From the IMG/VR virus record IMGVR_UViG_3300009545_000020, positions 7,444 to 71,443 of that record: a stretch of 64,000 nt of DNA; one strand, written 5' to 3'. Source of the DNA: a virus. The number at the start of each line of letters is the position of its first letter. Position 1 is the first letter of the stretch. Shown piece after piece: positions 28,734 through 35,694 of this stretch. The translations under genes were made by a program, and so were the position numbers. The notes under the pieces were generated by a model. That model had not been told where the DNA came from and ran no database searches. It saw only the letters and a list, made by a program, of their open reading frames with translations.

Positions 28734-29044
28734 TTCGCCTCCCTGATGTGCCGCGCAATCAAGCGATTGGCAGGGGAATGAAGGAAACGGAGCCGCACAA
28801 CACTCGGGTCGCTCTCGGTTCGAACCCCGAAGCGCGCAGTGAGCGCGCCTTCGCGGAAGGAAAATCCGACCCCTGTGATCGAGAGGAACCCGACCAGCAG
28901 CGGTGCGTACCAGGCCGGCAGCTCGGTGAAGTCCCCGCGCGCGAGCTGGTGCTCTCGCTCGGCGCGCGTCGAGAACTGTTCTCGCGCGAGGAAGAAGGCG
29001 CCACGCGGGCGGCGAAGACGAAAGGCGTGATACGCAGTTGCCAT
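28730..29044 (-). CDS. Hypothetical protein (104 aa)
   Basis: Fills the gap after terL and is coupled to the next gene. Confidence 0.4.
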   Translation of the reverse strand: MATAYHAFRLRRPRGAFFLAREQFSTRAEREHQLARGDFTELPAWYAPLLVGFLSITGVGFSFREGALTARFGVRTESDPSVVRLRFLHSPANRLIARHIREAK

Positions 29045-29045
29045 G

Positions 29046-31058
29046 TCAGGCCGCCATGTGAGAGACGCCGTGCGTCACGCCGGCCTGGAGCCGGTCCTTC
29101 CAGGACTTCATGCCCTGGGGCTTCGGGGGGACGGGGGCGGCTGACTCGACCACCATCTGGGTCACCCAGGCAAGGGAGTCGACGCAGTCATCGTGCACAC
29201 CAGCGGGGAAACGCAACATCTCATTCCTCACGGTCTCGTACCACTCAGCACCCTCAGCGAACGACACCATGCCCTGCTGCATTCGGCCCTGGAGCGCTCG
29301 ACCACGGGTCAATTTGTCGGTTAGCGGTTTGAGCAACGTGATGGACGGATACAGCTTCCTCTCACGTTCTCTCATGGTCTTCGTAAATAGAGCTTCGAGG
29401 CTGCGCCAAATTTGACCGTCCTCGAAGCCCAATCTTAGAGCCGGACTGTACCACTTCTCGCAGAGAGACAATATGGCGTCTACGATGAAGAAGGCGTTTC
29501 CGCTCTTGAATCTAACGACTTCTACGACGTGCATTAGATCGTTTTCGTCCTGCAGGGCCACGGTACCAACGGTGTAGTCGTTGGTTTTCTTCTCGGATAT
29601 CGCAAAGTCCCACGCGATAAACACGTTGCAGCGCTTGTAGTGCGGCGGCGGCCCGCGCCGGAACTGTTCCTTCAGGAAATACCCGCCGTCGTCAGGGACA
29701 GGGTTTTGTTGGTACAGCGCGGACCACCACCGGCCGCCCTTGTGCTGCGCCTTGATCCGCAGCAGCTTGTTCAGGTCGTAGCGCGCGGGGTGCAGGGCCT
29801 CGCCTTTGCTGCGAAGAAGACGAAGGTCCGCCAGGTCGTGGGCGGAGGTATCGACGATGATCTGGTGCGTGAGGGGGTCTACGTACTCATCCTGCTCCGC
29901 GATCGCCGGGTACTTCACGACCTCGAACTGGTCGATGTGCTCCCGGTCTGGATCATCCGCGTCGACCTTCATCATCTGCTGCAGGCGGCCGGCGAGATCG
30001 TCGTCGTGCCACCAGGTCTGGATGACGAGGACACCGCCGCCAGGTGCGAGCCGCGAATACGCGGTGGAGAGGTACCACTGCCAGATCTTTTCGCGCGCAT
30101 CGGCGCTGTCGGCTTCCTCAGCGTTCTTTACCGGGTCGTCGATGACCAGGATGTGCGCGCCCTTGCCCGTGATCGGGCCGCCGATGCCGGCCGGGAGGTA
30201 CGCACCGCGCGAGCCCGACAACGCCCACGAGCTGGCCGATCGGTTGTTCGGGTCGAGCTTCGTGCCGAAAACGCTCTGGTATGCCTCGTCGTCGATGATT
30301 CCCTGAACTTTCCGCGAGAAGTCGAGGGCCAGGTCAAGGTTGTACGAGCACGAGATGAATTCGTGATCGGGATTGCGGCCGAGGTGCCAGGCGGGGAAGT
30401 TTTTGGAGGCGAGTTCGCTCTTTCCATGCCGCGGAGGCATGAGGAGCATGAGCCGCGGGCTTTTTCCGTCGACAACGTCTTGAGAGAAGCGTTCGAGGCG
30501 CTCGCAGATGTCTCGATGCACCCAGCCGTCGAGATACCGCGGGTTGAGGCGCTTCACGAACGGCATCAGACGACGCCGCGCGAGAACGCGCTCAGCTAGT
30601 TCCTTCTGAACTGCGGCGAGCTTAGGGTCAGAAGGGGCATTCGACGCCGTCGAGCTTGCGTGAGGCAACGGCGCCGGCGCGCTGAGAGGTGTCGATGTCG
30701 GGGACGGTGAGCCAGTCGCGCTCGGTGTACGTGCCGGTTGCTTTGAAGTCTTCGAGGGCTCGGACTTTCCACTCGCGCTCGGCTTTGCTGTCCCAGAGGT
30801 CGGGCTCGATTTCCTCGGGGGCTTTGGCTTTGCGCCAGTCGATGTAGAGGTCGACTTCGCTTTCTTTGTAGCCTTGGCGACGCGTGAGGAGGACGCGGCG
30901 GTTTGGGATGTTGTCGATCGGGATGCCGAGGATGCGGTCTGCGATCGAGGCGTATTCGAGCTTGTCGCTGGCGACGAAGGGGCGTTCGAACGGCGTGTCG
31001 ACTTGGATGACGATGTTGATTTCGTCGTCGGCAGGAACTCGTTCGCAGGCTTCTTCAC
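29046..31058 (-). CDS. terL: Terminase large subunit (start ambiguous: GTG 31058, TTG 30668 or ATG near 30567)
   Basis: Walker A MPPRHGKS, Walker B LVIDDP, QTWWHDDDLAG, nuclease AWDFA and HDDCVD. Confidence 0.92.
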   Translation of the reverse strand: MKKPANEFLPTTKSTSSSKSTRRSNAPSSPATSSNTPRSQTASSASRSTTSQTAASSSRVAKATKKAKSTSTSTGAKPKPPRKSSPTSGTAKPSASGKSEPSKTSKQPARTPSATGSPSPTSTPLSAPAPLPHASSTASNAPSDPKLAAVQKELAERVLARRRLMPFVKRLNPRYLDGWVHRDICERLERFSQDVVDGKSPRLMLLMPPRHGKSELASKNFPAWHLGRNPDHEFISCSYNLDLALDFSRKVQGIIDDEAYQSVFGTKLDPNNRSASSWALSGSRGAYLPAGIGGPITGKGAHILVIDDPVKNAEEADSADAREKIWQWYLSTAYSRLAPGGGVLVIQTWWHDDDLAGRLQQMMKVDADDPDREHIDQFEVVKYPAIAEQDEYVDPLTHQIIVDTSAHDLADLRLLRSKGEALHPARYDLNKLLRIKAQHKGGRWWSALYQQNPVPDDGGYFLKEQFRRGPPPHYKRCNVFIAWDFAISEKKTNDYTVGTVALQDENDLMHVVEVVRFKSGNAFFIVDAILSLCEKWYSPALRLGFEDGQIWRSLEALFTKTMRERERKLYPSITLLKPLTDKLTRGRALQGRMQQGMVSFAEGAEWYETVRNEMLRFPAGVHDDCVDSLAWVTQMVVESAAPVPPKPQGMKSWKDRLQAGVTHGVSHMAA

Positions 31059-31074
31059 GAGATGCGGATGTCAT
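30628..31074 (-). CDS. DGWEYAS-family paralog 5 (148 aa), overlapping the terL N-terminal frame
   Basis: RPFVASDKLEYASIADRILG matches the four upstream paralogs. Confidence 0.7.
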   Translation of the reverse strand: MTSASREEACERVPADDEINIVIQVDTPFERPFVASDKLEYASIADRILGIPIDNIPNRRVLLTRRQGYKESEVDLYIDWRKAKAPEEIEPDLWDSKAEREWKVRALEDFKATGTYTERDWLTVPDIDTSQRAGAVASRKLDGVECPF

Positions 31075-31369
31075 TGACGAAGATCCGAGTCGCTCGGAAC
31101 CCAGGCATGATGAAAACCGCGTCGTTGAAGTTGTGGCTCAGGAGCGAGCCGTGCTCCTTGTTCCAGTTGTGTTCGCTCGGCCACTTCTTCCGCCCGATCA
31201 TGAGATCGCCGAGGTTCGCGTACTCCCATCCATCAGGTCCGATGCGCGCCGTGAAGGCGGCCAGCTGCTCACGAGCCTGCTTCCCGTACGCCGGGCCGAG
31301 CTTCTTCGCCAGGTTCCGCTGCTGGGCTTCGAGCGAAGCAGCGCGGCCGAAGCGGTCAGCCTTCCGCAT
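31055..31369 (-). CDS. DGWEYAS-family paralog 4 (104 aa)
   Basis: Contains GPDGWEYANLGDLMIG. Confidence 0.7.
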   Translation of the reverse strand: MRKADRFGRAASLEAQQRNLAKKLGPAYGKQAREQLAAFTARIGPDGWEYANLGDLMIGRKKWPSEHNWNKEHGSLLSHNFNDAVFIMPGFRATRIFVNDIRIS

Positions 31370-31982
31370 CGCCGTCTCCGTCGCCGAGCACTTCTTCCAC
31401 GAGTTCGGGGCTCTTCGAGATGCCGTCGGTGATCAGCTTCAGCAACTCGGCGTCGCTGAGCTTGTTCATGCGCTCCATCACGAGGTTGCCTGTGAGGTTG
31501 ATGTCGAGGGTCTTCTTGATCGGCTCGTAGTAGCCGCACATGCGGCCGATCTCGCGCCAGCCGCTGATCATCGAAGCAGGCTCGGCCATGAGCTTCGCCA
31601 TCTCGATTCCTTCGAGCAGGCCATCCATGACCCGCTTCCGGGTCATCTGGCTGGCTTCCTCATAGAGCTTCTTTTCCTTCTCGTACAGCGCAATCACCTG
31701 GGGCAGATGCACGATGCGGTACGCGTAGGAGGCGCCGTCGCCGTAGCCGGCGCGCGCCGAGGCGTTCGGGATGGACTCGCCCTGAGCCCAGAACTTCACG
31801 AACAGCTTCGCCTTGTCGGTCAGCGGCTTGTTCGGGTCGGCACGTTCGGCGAGTTCAGCGACAGGGACTGCGCTGAGGTTGAGGTACTTCGCACGAGCGT
31901 TGAGAGCCGAGCCCTTGCGGTCGACGGCGCTGGCACCGCGCTTCTTGGCGTACCCGCTGCCCTTGCCTTCGCGCGCGGTCAC
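31356..31982 (-). CDS. terS: Terminase small subunit (208 aa)
   Basis: LTDKAKLFV...NASARAGY HTH, EIGRMCGYY; GTG start overlapping the upstream stop; lies upstream of terL. Confidence 0.8.
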   Translation of the reverse strand: MTAREGKGSGYAKKRGASAVDRKGSALNARAKYLNLSAVPVAELAERADPNKPLTDKAKLFVKFWAQGESIPNASARAGYGDGASYAYRIVHLPQVIALYEKEKKLYEEASQMTRKRVMDGLLEGIEMAKLMAEPASMISGWREIGRMCGYYEPIKKTLDINLTGNLVMERMNKLSDAELLKLITDGISKSPELVEEVLGDGDGDAEG

Positions 31983-32194
31983 AGGTACTCCTCGGGGTCG
32001 CGATGACCATGCTCGGTGACGTGGTAGGAGGGAAACGCTTTCCAGTTCTTCAACAGGTTCGAGGCTTCGCGCAGCGCGTTGTGCTGGCTGAAGAGGTAGC
32101 CGATCCGCTCGCCGAGCATGAAGTCGCCGATCGAGGCGTATTCCCACCCGTCCACGGCGACGAAGGGTTTGGAGATGTCGACGGCGGAGGTCAT
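31979..32194 (-). CDS. DGWEYAS-family paralog 3 (71 aa)
   Basis: Contains KPFVAVDGWEYASIGD. Confidence 0.75.
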   Translation of the reverse strand: MTSAVDISKPFVAVDGWEYASIGDFMLGERIGYLFSQHNALREASNLLKNWKAFPSYHVTEHGHRDPEEYL

Positions 32195-32415
32195 ACGGCG
32201 GCGCCCTTCTTCAGGGTATTGAAGTACGACGGGCGCTTCGCGGCGATGAACAAGGCATCCGACCAGATGGATTCCACGGGGGCGCGTACCTTGGCTCGGT
32301 TATGCGCGCTCAGAAGCGGCGATATCGGCCTGTCAAGGACTCGATCGGCCAGCGACGCGTACTCCCAACCGTCGGAGGCAATGAAGGGTTTGGTGACGTC
32401 GACGGCGGGGGTCAT
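32191..32415 (-). CDS. DGWEYAS-family paralog 2 (74 aa)
   Basis: Contains KPFIASDGWEYASLAD. Confidence 0.75.
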   Translation of the reverse strand: MTPAVDVTKPFIASDGWEYASLADRVLDRPISPLLSAHNRAKVRAPVESIWSDALFIAAKRPSYFNTLKKGAAV

Positions 32416-32786
32416 TGGCGGCCGTACTGCTTCACAGCGGCTTCGACGGCGCCGTACTTCGCCACGAGACGCTCGACGAGACCGGGGACCGGTTCGAGGA
32501 TGTCGAAGGCATCGTGCCGGCGGAGGAACTTGGCCAGCAGCTCTCGATGATGGTTGTGATCGGAATCCATTCGGTTCCCGAGCAAGCGATCCGCGATCGA
32601 GGCGTACTCCCAGCCGTCGGAGGCAATGAAGGGCTTGGAGGCCAGCATCTTTCCGACCACCTCATCGGTGTCCTTCTTCTGCTCTTCGAGCATGTCCGTC
32701 AGCTCGTCTACCACGTCATTCAGCTCGACGTAGATAGGGCCGAAGGGCGCGGGCGGCACCGGTTCGAGGGGGAGGGGCTCGGTCAT
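32412..32786 (-). CDS. DGWEYAS-family paralog 1 (124 aa)
   Basis: Contains KPFIASDGWEYASIAD; first gene of the late arm. Confidence 0.75.
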   Translation of the reverse strand: MTEPLPLEPVPPAPFGPIYVELNDVVDELTDMLEEQKKDTDEVVGKMLASKPFIASDGWEYASIADRLLGNRMDSDHNHHRELLAKFLRRHDAFDILEPVPGLVERLVAKYGAVEAAVKQYGRQ

Positions 32787-32790
32787 GTGG

Positions 32791-32825
32791 CTCTAAGCTC
32801 TAAGTTAGACGAGATTCTCGTCTAA
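32791..32825. promoter_or_regulatory. TCTAA multimer plus a perfect palindrome at the head of the late arm
   Basis: CTCTAAGCTCTAAG followed by TTAGACGAGA-T-TCTCGTCTAA (10-bp arms). Confidence 0.55.
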
Positions 32826-33024
32826 AAAATTTTTCAGAGCAAGGCCTTAGAGAAAGGGGTGGGGGTACCGGGGATTTTTCCTGGGTACGGAGGATGAAAA
32901 ACTTCGTGCTGGGGGCTCAGAAACGGGGGTGTGAGGCTCCCCTCCCCGTCCCTCGTTCGACGCCCCCCACTTCGGATTCGTGATCCCACGGGCTCAAAAA
33001 GGAGTCTCTTCGAGTGGGGGCCAC

Positions 33025-33096
33025 GCAGACGACAAAAACACGTCGTCTGCTTCGATCTTCGAGCTATGTCATTAACTCATTGAGGTCTACATCATG
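33025..33096 (+). repeat. Early leader unit 1: hairpin plus conserved translation-initiation region
   Basis: GCAGACGAC-N8-GTCGTCTGC...TTAACTCATTG...ATCATG; repeated at 33270. Confidence 0.7.
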
Positions 33097-33255
33097 CTCT
33101 CACTCCTCAAGGCTCTTGGCCTCGTAGCTATCGCTGTGCCGTTGATTCTCTTTGGCGTTGATCAACACTTCGTCGGCGCCGACCAGAGTGGTTGGTACAT
33201 CGTTGCTGGTGCGTTGGTATTCGTACGCGCAGTCTTCGTTGCTGCGAGTGAATAA
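33094..33255 (+). CDS. Small membrane protein (53 aa)
   Basis: MLSLLKALGLVAIAVPLILFG...; GAGG RBS; below the ORF-track length cutoff. Confidence 0.6.
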   Translation: MLSLLKALGLVAIAVPLILFGVDQHFVGADQSGWYIVAGALVFVRAVFVAASE

Positions 33256-33269
33256 CGTGCTACTCAGTC

Positions 33270-33337
33270 GCAGACAACACAAACACGTTGTCTGCATCGA
33301 TCTACATCCTTGTCCTTAACTCATTGGAGTCATCATG
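33270..33337 (+). repeat. Early leader unit 2
   Basis: GCAGACAAC-N8-GTTGTCTGC...TTAACTCATTG...ATCATG. Confidence 0.7.
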
Positions 33338-33742
33338 CCCAAAGTTCGCCCAATCAATGCAGCCATGTCGGAAGATCAACACAACTCCGACTCCGCAACT
33401 CATTCCGCCATTGAAACCATCGTCTCGGGTTTCAAGTTCCAGATTGCCAGCTTCATCGCGAATCTCTTCGTCGCTGGCACTCTTTGCTACGTTGGCATGA
33501 ACGTCGTCACGTGGCTCATCGTTGGTGCAACGATGTTGACGGGTTCGGCGTTCCTCGCGTTCATGATCGCGTTCATCGGTTATGCGATCGTCTTCATCGG
33601 CAGCATGGCTGTTGGCAGCTACGTTGCGAAGTACATCGCACAAGGAACTGCGCTCGACGACATGAAGGCGGTGAAAGATGTCTGCGTAGCGAAGCTCGTT
33701 GATGTTCGCGCGTGGTTCGATGCACGTGTTGCCAACTTCTAG
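33335..33742 (+). CDS. Membrane protein (135 aa)
   Basis: Long hydrophobic core; GGAG RBS. Confidence 0.65.
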   Translation: MPKVRPINAAMSEDQHNSDSATHSAIETIVSGFKFQIASFIANLFVAGTLCYVGMNVVTWLIVGATMLTGSAFLAFMIAFIGYAIVFIGSMAVGSYVAKYIAQGTALDDMKAVKDVCVAKLVDVRAWFDARVANF

Positions 33743-33754
33743 GAGTTAACGATC

Positions 33755-34039
33755 ATGATTGAAATGGCGTTGCTCGTAGCAGCGGGTCTCATTGTTATTT
33801 GGTGGCGACTCTCGTGGAAGTGGAAGCTGAGAATGTTGTCCCATCCGACTGCAATCGATGTATTTGTATTCATCGGATTGACTGCGCTCCATTGGGGCAC
33901 GTTCGCCGGCGTAATGGTCGCTGCGATCGCCGCGCTCGCAGTTTCCGTGAGCCTTTCACTCGGTCGCTGGCTCTTCGGTTATTACTTGAAGGGCGAGTTC
34001 CATCAAGGCCGGATCAACATTCGGAGCAAGCTGCAATGA
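33755..34039 (+). CDS. Membrane protein (94 aa)
   Basis: Three hydrophobic segments, LHWGTFAGVMVA; AGGAG RBS. Confidence 0.65.
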   Translation: MIEMALLVAAGLIVIWWRLSWKWKLRMLSHPTAIDVFVFIGLTALHWGTFAGVMVAAIAALAVSVSLSLGRWLFGYYLKGEFHQGRINIRSKLQ

Positions 34040-34218
34040 GCCTCATACCTTTCACCTTCCTCATCCTCATCTCCGATAACCACACACAACTAGCGAAGCT
34101 CTCAGGCACCGATCAACTGATCCGCTGGTTCGACGAGCACAGAGATTTCATCGAGATCCATCGCAGCTACAAGGATCTCCCCGACGGCTCGACCATCTGC
34201 AAGGTGTTCGTGTCGTGA
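34036..34218 (+). CDS. Hypothetical protein (60 aa)
   Basis: ATGA coupling to the upstream gene. Confidence 0.5.
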   Translation: MSLIPFTFLILISDNHTQLAKLSGTDQLIRWFDEHRDFIEIHRSYKDLPDGSTICKVFVS

Positions 34219-34273
34219 TCAACAAGGAGCTGAACATGCCGCCCTAGACCCTAACAACTCCACTGCTCTTTTC

Positions 34274-34311
34274 AAGGGCCAACGTTTTTACAGCGTTGGC
34301 CCTTTTTCTTT
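34274..34311 (+). terminator. Rho-independent terminator
   Basis: AAGGGCCAACG-loop-CGTTGGCCCTT followed by a T tract. Confidence 0.8.
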
Positions 34312-34337
34312 GCACCAACCAATGGAGATCACCGTGA

Positions 34338-35378
34338 ATGGAACTTAGCTACTCCCAATGCTCTTCACTCGCGTTGCATGTCGAGTCCATACATGCAGAT
34401 CGCAGCGATCCCATCGAACACATCGCTGCCCTCGAAGAACTGTTCGGCTCATCCATATACGCACACCACATCATGAACCACACTGTCCAAACCAACGCCA
34501 TCACCGAAGCCATGACCCAACTCCCCGCCGACGCCATCGCCAAGGTCGTGAACTCCTCGTACGTCTACTTCGACCTCCACGAGACGCTCAAATCGCTGCT
34601 GCCGCACGAACTGCTCTACGCCCGCGTTCTCAGCTCGCTCGCCTGGACGCTCGACACCAACATCGTGAACAACGCGCGCGGTGTGGTCTACGATCTCTAC
34701 AGCGAAGCGATGGCCACCGGCACGATCGACAGCTGGGCCGAGTTCATCAACGCGCTGAAGGAAATCGAAGCCTCCGAAGCCAACGCGGTGCTCAACGGCT
34801 TCGAGGAAACCGGCAACTTCAAGGTGCTGGTGGAACTCTTGAACCAGTCGAAGAGCTGGCACGATCAAGCCGAAGCCGCAGCCGATCGCGCCGAGATCAA
34901 GTACCGCAAGCGCTCGCTCGAAGAACTCCTGGCCAACGAGCAACCGCAGCGCGTCGACACCTTCACGCGCGACAACCTGGCCACGATCGCAAAGCACGTT
35001 GCGAAAGGCGACACCAACCGCGAGCGCATCACCACCGAGATGCTCATTCGCCAGCGCACCAACCAGGCCGCCTCGCAGCACGAGCAACGCCAGAAGCTGC
35101 AACCTGCCGTCTTGCGCGTCCTCCACGAGGCACAGCGCCGTTGCGACAACGCCGGCTACGACAACGAAGACATCGCGTTCCACACGTTGCCGCTGGCCGT
35201 TCAGGTGCGCATGATCGAGGCCACCATCCGCATCATCGAGCGCACCCTCACCGATCTGTCCGGCTACCGCCAGATCACGCCGATCGCGTTCGCCGGCATC
35301 ACGGCTGAAGGCTTCGATGCGATGGATCACTTGAAGCTCGTGCTCAAGGCTCCGAAGTACGCGAACGCCACGCGCTAA
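34338..35378 (+). CDS. Hypothetical alpha-helical early protein (346 aa)
   Basis: Long ORF with core-like codon usage; GGAG RBS. Confidence 0.7.
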   Translation: MELSYSQCSSLALHVESIHADRSDPIEHIAALEELFGSSIYAHHIMNHTVQTNAITEAMTQLPADAIAKVVNSSYVYFDLHETLKSLLPHELLYARVLSSLAWTLDTNIVNNARGVVYDLYSEAMATGTIDSWAEFINALKEIEASEANAVLNGFEETGNFKVLVELLNQSKSWHDQAEAAADRAEIKYRKRSLEELLANEQPQRVDTFTRDNLATIAKHVAKGDTNRERITTEMLIRQRTNQAASQHEQRQKLQPAVLRVLHEAQRRCDNAGYDNEDIAFHTLPLAVQVRMIEATIRIIERTLTDLSGYRQITPIAFAGITAEGFDAMDHLKLVLKAPKYANATR

Positions 35379-35379
35379 G

Positions 35380-35690
35380 CATCTGAGATGTACGGGTTCA
35401 CAGCCCGTACATCTCGCATTGATTAAAAATGAGGCACTCACGGACTGCCTCATTTTTAGGCAATACATCCCATTCCTTCCAACCAAAACGCTTTTCCCTC
35501 TATAGGGACACTTTTTTGTAGAGATGTATCGACCCCTATAGCACCTCCTTAGGAGGATATCTTTTGGAATGGAAGATTGTAAGAAGTGAATAAAATCAAC
35601 GACTTAGAACATCTCCCCTCTTCCAAAAAAAGAGTGTTTGGAAGAAAAAAAAGACGCTCTAAAATGACGCTCTAAACAAAGGGCACGTGA
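35380..35690. other. AT-rich non-coding region with several inverted repeats; candidate replication origin
   Basis: Hairpins GAGATGTACGGG/CCCGTACATCTC, AAAAATGAGGCA/TGCCTCATTTTT and CTTCCAAA/TTTGGAAG; directly upstream of the primase-helicase. Confidence 0.45.
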
Positions 35691-35694
35691 AACC

